64,000 nt of DNA from Eledone cirrhosa (lineage: Eukaryota). Shown piece by piece: positions 40,511 to 52,133 of the stretch. The notes below the pieces were generated by a model. It was not told where the DNA came from and did not search any database. It saw only the letters and a list, made by a program, of their open reading frames with translations. Each line of letters begins with the position of its first letter. The first letter of the stretch is position 1. Made by a program: the position numbers and the translations under genes. The stretch covers positions 11,160,001 through 11,224,000 of the forward strand of contig OZ024749.1 of NCBI GenBank assembly GCA_964016885.1, written 5' to 3'.

Positions 40511-41372
40511 TCATCATCATCATCATCGTTTTACATCCATTCTTCCACACTAGCATGGGTTAGACAGGTTGTCCTGTTGTGGGCCATGTCCAGTCGTCTG
40601 ACCATGTCTTGCTCATATGGTAACTGATTTTGGCTTGATTTCTACAGCTGGATGCCCTTCCTAAAACAAACCTCATTTACAGTGAGTGCTGGGTGCTTTT
40701 TTGCCGTGGCGCCTACACGACTGTTTTACAGTAGGAGGGGGTGGGGGCATATTGTCTATATGCTTCAGCTTCGGCTTGTACCCGTAGGAAGTCAGGTCTT
40801 CTGTATTATTGCGTAATGCCAGAGGTCTTGGTCCTATGTCATTACTTTTGAGAGGTGCAATTGGGCAAGGTCAGCTTTTATCACCTCATCCCAGGTTTTC
40901 TTGGGTCTCCCCACTCCAAGGCTTCCATCGACTTTTAGTGCTCTGCACCTTTTTATGCAGCTGTCATCCTTCATACGCATCACATGTCCATACCAATGCA
41001 ACTTCCTCTCCTGCACACAACATTTGATTCCTCTTATGCTCAGTCCCTTTCTCAATTCGTTTATGCTTTGCCGTTCATGTATGTTACTGTTACACATCCA
41101 TTGGAGCATGCAAGCTTTGTTTCTTTCTAATCTACGCAAGTCTTCCACATTCAGTGCCCAGGTCTCACTACTTTGTAACATTGCTGTTCGTATGCATGCA
41201 TCATACAGTCTGCCTTTCATTTTGAGGAAAAAGCCTTTTGCAGCTAGCAGTGGCAGTAACTCCCTGTACTTCTTCCATCCCATTCTTACCCTGGCTACTG
41301 TACTTTCCAATCACCCACCTCCGCTGTTAATTCGGTCACCTAGGTAGCAAAAGCTGTCTACTGTTTCTATAG
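40511..41372 (-). mobile_element. 5'-truncated RTE LINE
   Basis: ESTVARVR..KGRLYDAC..WYGHV..GRPKKTW plus (GAT)n tail. Confidence 0.88.
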
Positions 41373-41716
41373 TATATAAATATTTTATATGTATTGATTA
41401 AACCTAAAATTAACATTTATATATATATATATATCAAATGTAAGTGTACAATCCAATGAAGGAGAGATTAGGGATTAGTTTGTACAAGCATGTAGTGAAA
41501 GCAAGATAGAGAAATATAAGTCAGGCAGAGTGTAAATATAAAAATTTGTTTTATACATTCTGAAGATAAAGTCAAACCATAATTCGATCTTAATAACACC
41601 TGGACCTATTGATTCATATATTGATAGGTCTCAATCTTATGTTTACATTAATTTTGTCCTCTGAACAATTGTAAACAAATATTTTTTAAAGAATTTAGTT
41701 GTATTTTCTCCTACTG

Positions 41717-41788
<72 letters not shown>

Positions 41789-42040
41789 AAATGGGGACAC
41801 TGATGGCTGAGCTTCGTATCTAGCTACTGAAACAGCTGGAGCCTTGAGAAAGCAACGCCAAATTTCAGTCCGGAGCATATCAGAAGTAAGCTTTCTGTTT
41901 TTCTGTTTTTCTGTTCAACTTCTAGCTGTCTAATGAGATCATAGCACAACGGTTATTACTGAAATATATATAACAGCGACTATGAATAAACACAGTTAAT
42001 TTTAACCTGTTGACTTATACTTCATGTTATATATATATAT

Positions 42041-44030
42041 ATCACCATTCATCATTATTTCCCTTTAGCATGGGTTAGACGGATCGTCCATGCCGGGAGG
42101 TAAGTATGGCCATGTCGCACCTTCCTCAGGCGAGGACTATAAATTTGGCTGAGTATTTTACAGCTGGATGCCCTTCCTAACACTGACCACATTTGCAGTT
42201 TAGCATGCCAAACCCAACTCACAAAGGAGCTATAGTTTAGAGCCCGGTACTGGAAGGCACCGATATGAGGAACCTGACCATCTCACAGCATAGCCACCAT
42301 TTTTGGTGCCAGGTACTGGATGAAGTGGGGCAGGGGGTGCGGGGGCCACAGTTAGGGAGTTTGGCACCAATCTGCAAAGAGGCCAGCTGGAGCCCAGTAC
42401 TGGATGGCACTGATATGAGGAGCCAAACCCATCTCACAGCATAGCCATAGTTTAGGGTCCTGATACTGGATGACACCGCTATGAGGAAGAATAGGTACAG
42501 AGCCACAGTATGGGAGCCTGACTCAGAGCAGGAACACAGGTTTTGGAGTCTGGTACTGGATGACACCACTATGAGAAAGGACAGGACAATTTGGCCACGC
42601 TGAACCCCTCTCACAACCTCACCCCATTTTTGGAGCCAGGTACTCTCCACGCGGTGAACCCTTCTCTGTACGAAACACATTTTGGAGCCTAGGGCTTGTG
42701 CCAAATCCATCTCACATCAGAGATGGTTTCGGGCCCAGCATTATGAAGAGGGACAAGCCAGTTGACTGCATTGGACCCTTCTTACAATGACACCTTAGTT
42801 TTGGAGCCAGGCACTCTCAATGTGATGAACCCTTCTCAATATAAAACCACATTTTAGGAGCCTGGTACTGGATGTCTCTATGAGGAGGGACAGGCCAGTT
42901 GGTCACACCAGATCCTTCACACAGCAGATCCTCAGTTCAGGTTCGGAGCCCAGCACTGGGTGACACCACTATGAGGAGAGACAGGCTGATTTGGCTTCCC
43001 CGAACCCTTTCCACAGCGGCACCCGATTCGGAGCTGGACACTCTCCACATGACAAACCCTTCACACAAGATCACATTTTACTTCTTGAGCCCCACATTGG
43101 ATGATCGCGACGAAACTCTCGTGGGCCTGCCATCGACCTTGTTTGCAGTGTGGGGCTGGGCGGTGACATTTTGATCTGAGTCTGATGTTGAGTTGTCGGA
43201 AGAGGTCTTTTGTTGAACATTGTAGTGCCATTGGGACATTTAGTTGAATCAGGTCCACCTTAATCGTTTCATTGCACTTCTTCCTGGGTTTTTCTCTCTT
43301 CGTGCCTCCTGCAACTTTAAAGCCCTACAGCTCTTTAAGTAGCACTCATCCTTCATGCACATCACATGACCATACCACTGCAGTCATCTCTGTTGCACAC
43401 AGCATTTGATCTCTCTTAATACATTAACACTTTGCCATTCACGTACATTTCTGTTACACATCCATCTCACCATATATGCTTCATTTCTTTCCAGCCTCTG
43501 TAAGTCCTTGGCTAGCAGAGCCCACCTTTCACTACACTGTAGCATTACTGAGCGCAGACATCACACAGCTGACCTTTTATCTTAAGTGAGAGACCTTTTG
43601 TGGTTAGCAGCACCCTGTTCTTACACTCGCAACTGTGCTTCCTGCACAGCCACCTCCACAGTTGATTTGGTCCCTCAGATAGCAGAAGCTATCAACTATT
43701 TCTATGGGGTCATCTGTGTATTTGAAGGGGCATGCTATCTGAAGGTCTTTGCCTGTGACCCCTGTGCAGGGTTCACATATGAAGTCCGTGTCTTTTGCCA
43801 GCCAGCCTTGTTTTCCCACTACATCTCTTGTGTACCCATTGTCTGCATTTGGTGCACTGGATGGAGTTTCTACCTACCCCTTTCCTGTATACCAAGCAGG
43901 GCCATTTCCTGGAGGATATCAGTGCTCTTTTTCCTCTGTTTCCTGACAAGGATTTTGGTCTGGGACAGGTTGACTTTGAGGCCTTTAGTTTCCAATGTCT
44001 GAAATTGCTTCTCTAACTCTGTCATAAAAT
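42041..44030 (-). mobile_element. Older RTE LINE with a tandem-repeat array (42240-43110) in its 3' UTR
   Basis: Decayed RT/PHD region at 43250-44030; RTE tail at 42041-42200; ~85-bp degenerate units in between. Confidence 0.7.
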
Positions 44031-44484
44031 CAGTTATATATTTATATACACTTCAGTCGTATAATCGAAATGGATCCTAGCTGGTGGCTGATTCCGTAAT
44101 GTAGAACTTTCAGCATTCTTCCTATCTCTCCACCCATTTAGAACTAAGTACTCATGTTAGAAAATCAGTTATGTTTGACTTTTGGTTGGCTATACACGTC
44201 CATCTTCCAGAAGTCACCTTTAACCCCCACCCTCACCACCATAGTTATTTGGGCCAATCAAAATCACCAGTTTTATAGTAAGGTTTCTAATAGTAATCTC
44301 TGTCACAAGGCCAATACTTCTTAAGCTTAGATCTAGGTGTTGTTCGCTATGATAAATGGATTACGGAGTTGGGAAACATGACAACAACAAACATAAATTC
44401 ACCTCCCGTTTCAGGGCCAGCTCCTCTTTATATCAGACATAATTCTGTCTCCCACACCCCTCCCTGTGCCCCCATCCCATCACT

Positions 44485-44723
44485 CAGGGGCGAAGGGTCC
44501 GTGCATGCATTATAGAATCTTGAGTTGATCAATTGCATCGGTTGAAGCAAGCAGAGTTTTGGCTGCTTACTAAATCGTAGACACATAAAAAGATAACACT
44601 ACATGCGGCTTTGACCGGGAGGGTCATTTAGAGGGAATTGGGGGGGGGGGGGGCTGCACAGCCCCACTTTCCGCCATGGCGATTGGACTGCATGCCCTGC
44701 TTTCCAGGCTACCCTTCGCCACT
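44485..44723. mobile_element. Possible hAT-like MITE
   Basis: TIRs caggggcgaagggt / acccttcgccactg; no convincing TSD. Confidence 0.4.
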
Positions 44724-45156
44724 GATATATATACATACTATCATCATCATTGTTTAACGTCTATCTTCCACGCTAGCATGTGTTTATATACATACTATAT
44801 ATATATATTTATATATACATACTCTCTCTCTATATATATATATACATACTCTATATACATACATACTATATATATATATATATATATATACTATATATAT
44901 ATACTCTCTATATATACATACTAAATATATATATATATATACTCTCTATATATACATACTAAATATATATATATATACTCTCTATATATATATACTCTAT
45001 ATATATATATATACTCTATATATATATATATACTCTATATATATACATACTCTATATATATACATACTATATATATATATATATATATAGTATGTGTATA
45101 TATATAGAGTATGTATATATATATATGGACTGGTGTAATTCCTTAAAAGGTTTATT

Positions 45157-45214
45157 ATACTATGAACATTTCAATGACCGGGTTCAGTATGAATCCGGTG
45201 ACATCATCAGGTAT
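45157..45214 (-). ncRNA. Minimal hammerhead ribozyme motif
   Basis: Minus: atac CTGATGA tgtcaccggattca tac tgaacccggtcatt GAAA T GTTC A TA gtat. Confidence 0.65.
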
Positions 45215-45439
45215 TCGAAATTCAACAAAGGAATATAATAGACAAGATCCGTGGAGCTGAAAGCAGAGACACCAGTCCAGCCTCCTGTTATTTTATAATA
45301 ATTAACTCCGTACTCGCAACAACAACAACACAAACGAAGACGGGTGAGTTGCATTACGTCGAGTGCTCTCTCTAATATTACATCAAGGTTGACCATACGG
45401 AATGACCAGTTCTATCCAGTGGTGAACCAAGAAACCTAA

Positions 45440-45501
<62 letters not shown>

Positions 45502-45544
45502 AATGATATTAAATAAATGGAAACTATATTTATAAAACCATATT

Positions 45545-45606
45545 TATTCTATTATATATATTTCAAGGGTACCAAAAATTTTGGTACGCTATCATCAGAT
45601 AAAATA
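45545..45606 (-). ncRNA. Type I minimal hammerhead ribozyme in a third copy (45499-45700) of the 30.5-kb pLTR
   Basis: Minus: tattttat CTGATGA tagcgtaccaaaa t ttttggtaccctt GAAA T ATAT A TA atagaata. Confidence 0.75.
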
Positions 45607-46377
45607 CAAAATGTTTTATAAATATTTAACATAACCAAGGATAATATACCTAAACGGTTCAAGTTATCCCTGGATTTCCAACAAATTAAATATCTCTTCT
45701 ATATATACATAGTATATTTTAAATTTCATACACTTATAATGTATGTGCAACATTTTTGTTTCGGGATCCAGTTATGGCCACCATTGTCTAGGATTGGCTG
45801 CTTCTTCAATTTCGTTACTTAATTTTATTAAGTAATTAAATAGAAATTTGTTTAATAAACTTTATTCCATATTAATTAAACTAATTAAAAATTTTCACCG
45901 CGAAAATACGAAAACGTGACTGAGAATGTGTGGTTAACTTTGCAAGGTAGCACATGTTGTGAAGAAGACTGGGAAATTTGAGTTTGATGTAACATAAAAC
46001 CTTATTTTCTATATTAACTGTGGGTATGGTGTGGCGTGCGGTGGCCGGGGGGGGGGGGGGGGGGGGTGCTCAACCGGAAGGGGTATTTGAGTGCTCGACC
46101 GGAAGGGGTCTTTGACCGGAAGGATGCTCGACTGGAAGGGCCAGGAGAGGGTCTCTCTCTAGTGGTGACCAGCATACGGTGAGGACGCGTTTTGGGCAGC
46201 TCCCGGTGTTAAGCAGTCGGACGCACGTGGAAGAGGAGTACCTGCAGTGGAAGTTAGCGGCGCCTGTGAAAAGGGGTAAGTGAGATAGCTTTTTCTAACC
46301 ACAAGCTATTTCGGCGACTGAAAAAAAAAAAAGAAAAAAAAAGAAAAGAAAACACTTGCCGCAAAACAAATCAGAAG

Positions 46378-47139
46378 ATGGCGACAAGACTACGGATGAA
46401 CGAAGCTATCAGGCCATTCACCGGGGAAGGTGATGTTGTCGCTTGGCTGCGGAAGGTTCGGCTGGTCGCGGGCTTGCAGAAGATAGAAGACGTGGCCGGA
46501 CTCATTGCATTGTACCTCGAGGGTGACGCGCTGGTACTCTTCCTTGAGTTGGACGAACACAGCCAAAGAGATGTGCAGAAGATTGAGAGGCGTCTGATGG
46601 ATGCATTCGCCGAGGGACCGTTGGCGGCTTTTGCTAAGCTGGCGAGAATCAGGTGGAATGGTGAGCGCGTCGACATTTTCGCAGCGGAAATAAGGCGGTT
46701 GGCTATGTTGGCTGGTTACCAGGCGGAATGCGAACGCACGGTGCGGTTGGCGTTCATCAATGGATTTCCGGACGACATAGCGGTGAAACTGCAGCAAGTC
46801 CCGGGGTACAAGGAGATGGAAATGCGTTCACTGGTGGAACAAGCCCGGATCATAGCGGAAGATGCCAAAAAGAGTGTCGCGGCGATAGCGACTACGGAGG
46901 CTCAGGACACCTGGCAGCGAAATGGTCAAAGGGAGGCAACCTCGGCACGCGGCCGTTCGCGAGAATTTAAGGGCCGCTGTTTTAGGTGTCATGGCCCGCA
47001 TATGGCTAGAGACTGTAGAGAGTCGAAGCCGGATATAATTTGCTACCGGTGCAAGCGACCAGGCCACATCGCTACTAACTGCGACCAGGGAAACGGTCCA
47101 AGGGGAACTACTGCGCCGGTAGTTGCCCCTTACGAGTAG
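46378..47139 (+). CDS. gag: Gag with two zinc knuckles
   Basis: CFRCHGPHMARDC and CYRCKRPGHIATNC; intact 253-aa ORF. Confidence 0.9.
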   Translation: MATRLRMNEAIRPFTGEGDVVAWLRKVRLVAGLQKIEDVAGLIALYLEGDALVLFLELDEHSQRDVQKIERRLMDAFAEGPLAAFAKLARIRWNGERVDIFAAEIRRLAMLAGYQAECERTVRLAFINGFPDDIAVKLQQVPGYKEMEMRSLVEQARIIAEDAKKSVAAIATTEAQDTWQRNGQREATSARGRSREFKGRCFRCHGPHMARDCRESKPDIICYRCKRPGHIATNCDQGNGPRGTTAPVVAPYE

Positions 47140-47145
47140 CGGCGC
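47088..47145 (+). promoter_or_regulatory. -1 ribosomal frameshift signal with H-type pseudoknot
   Basis: G GGA AAC in gag frame; stem 47100-111 / 47119-131; loop gcgccg pairs with cggcgc 47140-145; the -1 frame runs into the protease. Confidence 0.85.
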
Positions 47146-49860
47146 TGCCGGTGGTGGAAGTCTTCGTGAGGGGGAAGCCACAGCGAGCCCTCGTGGATAC
47201 GGGCTGTACGACGACACTGGTGACCGCAGAGGTGGGGAGGGAGGAGCAGCGTAAGGGCAGTCGACGGCAGGAAAATTGAATGCCAAGGTCGCAGCGAGAT
47301 GGAAATAGCGGTACGGGGAAGGACGATAAGGCTTTCCGCCATCGTGGTAGACAGTGTGGTGGATGGGATCGGCGTGGTTATGGGCATGGACGCGATTGGC
47401 CGTCTAGGGGTCATCATGGTGAACAATGTCGGTGTGTCGTTTGGCGCCGCTGCATCAGTATGCGCTGTGAGTGCACGTCATGAGAACCAGAAGGCCCACG
47501 AGGGGCAATACCCCGCTTACACTGTACAGGACAAGGACTTCAAGGCTGTGTTTGATGGGCAGCGATGGGTTGTTGAGTGATACTGGAAGGGAGAACCACC
47601 AACACTGAAGACCAAAGTGGGCTGCTATCAACACACATTGAAGGGAAACGCTAGGAGCGAGTTCGAGCGAGAAGTAGAGAGATGGATCGAAGAGGGCATA
47701 CTGCTGCCCTGGAAGGAGGAGGTGAAGTGCGGAGTATTGCCGTTGATGGCGGTGGTGCAACCCACGAAGAGCAAGGTGAGGCCGGTGCTGGACTATCGAG
47801 AGCTGAACGAGCACGTGTCATGCCACACGGGTGGCGAGGTCACGGATGTCTGTGGGGAAACCCTGCGTGAGTGGAGACGCATGACGGGGGGTTCAGCGAT
47901 CGTGGATCTAAAGTCGGCTTACTTGCAGTTGCATATAGCTGAGAAGCTCTGGCGGTATCAGCTGGTCAGGTATAAGGGGCGGACATATTGCCTGACCAGG
48001 CTCGGTTTCGGGCTGAGCTCCGCACCGAAGATCATGGCGGCGGTCCTCAAGACCACTCTGGGGAGGGCCGACAAGATAAAGAGGGCTACTAACTCCTATA
48101 TTGACGACATCCTAGTGGACGAGTCGGTGGTGTCGACGGCGGAGGTCACGAGCCATTTGCGGAGGTATGGACTGACTGCGAAGCCATCAGAAGCATTGGA
48201 GGGAGGAGCCGCGCTGGGACTTAGGCTACGGCGAGATAAGACGGGCGTTTTGGTGTTCCAGAGGGGAAACGAAGTTCCGGAACTGGGCCCAAGTATGAAT
48301 AGGCGGGAGCTTTTCTCGGTGTGTGGAAAGCTGGTGGGTCACTACCCGATCGCTGGGTGGCTCCGGACGGCATGCAGCTATGTCAAGAGACGAGCGGGAG
48401 GGGTGACTTGGAGTGACAGAGTGGGAGAGAGAACGGTGGCCATGATGCAGGAGATCGTGGGGAGGGTGAAGGCCGACGACCCAGTGCGGGGACGCTGGTA
48501 CGTTCCCAAATCACGGAGCGGGACCGTATGGTGCGATGCCAGCAGCATAGCGCTGGGTGTCACGTGGGAGATAGGAGGTGTTGAGGTCGAGGATGCAGCC
48601 TGGCTTAGAAAGAAGGACGACTGCAGCCACATCAATGTGGCCGAGCTGGACGCGGTGTTGAGAGGGGTGAACCTCGCCCTGCGGTGGGGGCTGCGCACCA
48701 TCGAGATACGCACCGACTCGGCTACCGTACTCGGATGGGTAAGATCAGTGCTCACCAGTGAGAAGAGAGTGCGAACGAGAGGCGCGGCGGAGATGCTGAT
48801 AAAGCGCCGCCTGGGAACGTTAGGAGAGCTGGCCACCGAGTTCGACCTGAAGCTGAGCGTAGTGTTCGTGCCTTCAGAGAAAAATAGGGCGGACATCTTA
48901 ACTAGAGTGAAGAAAGCCTGGATGGAAGCGCCGGAGGAGGTAGAGGATGAGATAGCTGCCGTGTGTCGGCTGACCGAGTTAGACCTGAAGGGGTGGATAG
49001 GAGCCTGTTCCTAGCCAGGAGAATCGACTCGGACGTTAGCAGACACAGTTTTCGGGGGGTGGTTAGAGGCTGCGTCCTATGTCAGTCCATTGATCCCGCC
49101 CCGGGTGTACACGAAACGGGAAGCCTCCCGGTGGATCGCGACTGGAAGCGATTAGCGGTGGATGTGACGCACTACCGGCAGGGAACGTACCTCTCGATGG
49201 TCGACCGTGGACCGGGTCGAATGGCGATATGGAGGGAGATGAAGACTGGAACAGCCGAGGAAATCGTGCGGACGTTGAGAGAGGTGTTCTTGGAGCGGGG
49301 CCCTGTGGATGAACTGCTGATGGACAACAGCGCAGCGTTCCGCTCGGAGGCACTGAGGGGGATGCTCGATGGATGGAAGGTGGACCGTTTCTTCAGAGCG
49401 GCGCACAGGCCGAGCGGGAATGGAATCGTGGAGCGACACCACCGGACGATCAAGGCAATGGCGGAGCGGGGCCATATCTCACCAATGGAGGCAGTGTTCT
49501 GGTACAATATGTCCCCTCGGGTTGGACAGGTCGAGGAATCGGTGCCACACAGAGCAGTATTCAAATACGAGTGGCGGCACCCGTGCACGCCACCACAACG
49601 GCCAGTGGGGAGAGAGAGTGCATTCGTGCAGGTGGGCGAAGAAGTCTGGGTTAAGCCCCCAGATGCACGGTGCACATCTCAATGGGGAAGGGGAACGGTG
49701 ACGGCCGTAAATTCAAAGAACAATGTGTCCGTGGACGGGGTACCACGTCATGTCCTGTATCGACGGACTCCGAGGAAGAGGAAACCCAAGATGAGGTGGA
49801 AACTCAGAGCCCTGCCCCAATACTACGAAGTCGTAGACCACCGACCTGGACGGCAGACTT
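47088..49860 (+). pseudogene. pol: pol (protease, RT, RNase H, DDE integrase) with frameshifts and a stop
   Basis: ALVDTG; VDLKSAY, GFGLSSAP, YIDD; WCDAS, HINVAELDA, RTDS, NRADILT; LAVD, MDNS, NGIVER; TGA at 47578; the HH of the integrase HHCC is deleted near 48990. Confidence 0.9.
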
Positions 49861-50214
49861 TCATATGCAGAGGGACGAGGGGGAAATTGATCCTTGAGAT
49901 CAGGGGGGCGTGTGGGTATGGTGTGGCGTGCAGTGGTCGGGGGCGGGGGGAGTGCTCGACCGGAAGGGGTTTTTGAGTGCTCGACCGGAAGGGGTCTTTG
50001 ACCGGAAGGGCCAGGAGAGGGTCTCTCTCTAGTGGTGACCAGCATATGGTGAGGACGCGTTTTGGGCAGCTCCCGGTGTTAAGCAGTCGGACGCACGTGG
50101 AAGAGGAGTACCTGCAGTGGAATTTAGCGGCGCCTGTGAAAAGGGGTAAGTGAGATAGCTTTTTCTAACCACATTAACAATGTCTGTTATCTAACTAATA
50201 TTAATTACTAATGA

Positions 50215-50288
<74 letters not shown>

Positions 50289-52093
50289 GGGAATTAATTA
50301 GAGAAATAAGGGAAGGTAAAAATTCCCAACGTGACAAGACACACACCCAATTACACATTGCTACAGAAAATATTAGGGTTCCCTTCTAAATATTTTTAAT
50401 GCAAGCCAAAACATTGACGACATTGCTGCAGGTAACAATGAAACTAAGGTACTGTAATACGTACATTTATTAGTATTGTGTTATATTAACATTTTATTCC
50501 AGTTTTGTAGCTTTCGAGATGTTTGGGGGAGTCGGGCCGCTGACTGCGAGTTTCCTCTCTTCACTGGCGGCTCCCCGAATAGAGGTAACTGGTGAATATG
50601 GCGATTGCGCTTGGTTGTTCCAGCACCTCAGACTGGCCGCCACCCGAGGCAATATTGCCAGTGTGCTGGCTTGCCTCAAAACTCATTAGAGAGGTTGCTC
50701 AGTACTCCTGGCTGCTATTTTTTGCTCTGGTGTTGGTTCCGTTGTTCACCCCCTACCTTTATATTTTCTTTAATATTACAACATTAAATTAATATATCCT
50801 TCTGACAGAATCGCGAGCAATTTATAATGTTATCTAAGCATTTGTAATGTTATTTATGTATATATTTAAAACATATTTGTTATGTTATTCTACTGTAAAT
50901 TTATTTATATACATCATGTGTTTATATTTTCACTCCCATTTGTAAGGTTATTTAATATGTAACTAATAAAAATGTAGACATTACAACTAACTTTACAAAT
51001 GGGAGCCCGACTCCCCCGAAAGCCATTGTGTAATATTTTAGTAAAACCAGCCCCTAACAACGATAGAAGTTCGTTGTCAGCCCCAGATACTACAAACTTC
51101 TTCAATACAAATGTTAGTTGGTGTAATTTATCTTTACCCTTGTTTTCATGTGGTGGTATTTGTCTAGGGTCTTAAATAACATGTATCTTAGCTTTATGGT
51201 GTGTTTTTGTGGTCCCGGGTGGAATAATTTTCTCAGAAAGTCATTTCTCCGTCTCATGTCAGACTAACGAAGCTGTTTTGTTTGTTCATAGATATTCCAG
51301 ATCCCTCTTATTCCTAATTTCTCACATCTTCCAGCGGGTCCAAGAGTTGTTTTATGGATATCTATATGTATAACGGCGGCGAAGATTCGAAACTGAATCT
51401 GAGCTTTCCCGCCTCTGGGACAAACCGTGGTAAGTTGTTTACGCTCAAGAGACTAACCCCTTGGGAGAGGCTAAACACAGGTCAGAGATGTTTACGCCTG
51501 ATAGAAAATAGGTCAGAGGATATATCCATCTTTCTGACTTGTTTACGTTTGGCAAACTAATCAGTTGAGAGACTCTAACCGAAGTTCAGAGGATATATCT
51601 ATCCTTCTAACTTCAACCCTTATAAATACAGGGGTTGTTTACGCCCCGACAGAAAAGAAGTGATATACAGACAAGACAAGTGGCATTTACAAGCTCTCGT
51701 CACGAAATACCAGTCTCTCACTTATTCTCACCTGCCGGGCTGATCGCTGACTCCTGCAATACAAATAATTAAATATACTGATACACACACGCATTCATAG
51801 TAAGTTCACACTGTTTGCATCTTCACACGCACCATTTCTGTTTATTCACGTTGTATCTTTCGGATGCAGTACAAATTATATTATAATCTTATTCTGAGAT
51901 ATTTGTATTTACGTGGCTCGAAGAGCCACCAAATAATTTTACGAATATTTCGTGTTATTGATTTTATCATTCAATATTCAAATTGAATATTGTTATAATA
52001 AAATAAACATTGTAACAACACAATCCTGGTATTTTTCTTTACATCGAAACCACCATACCAACAGTTACAACCACACAAATATTCCGTTACAAC

Positions 52094-52133
52094 TGGTGAC
52101 CCCGACGTGATACGAACACGCAACCTTCTGATC
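52094..52133 (+). promoter_or_regulatory. Extended (40-nt) tRNA-Trp primer-binding site
   Basis: Reverse complement gatcagaaggttgcgtgttcgtatcacgtcggggtcacca matches the 3' half of metazoan tRNA-Trp(CCA) as I recall it. Confidence 0.9.

Larger units (their letters stand above)
46019..50173 (+). mobile_element. Full-length compact Gypsy-order LTR retrotransposon (gag, PR-RT-RH-IN), disabled
   Basis: LTRs 46019-46303 and 49911-50173 (TG..CA); 5-bp TSD TTAAC (46014-18 / 50174-78); PPT aggggggcg before the 3' LTR. Confidence 0.95.

Noticed and set aside
41798-41845. Hammerhead-like CTGATGG...GAAACAGCTG (similar case at 15120-15175, minus strand)
   Set aside because: The core and the cleavage triplet or stem II are broken; too degenerate to call.
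48378-50045. Antisense ORFs over the LTR element pol
   Set aside because: Expected shadow ORFs of GC-rich coding sequence, with no recognisable motifs.
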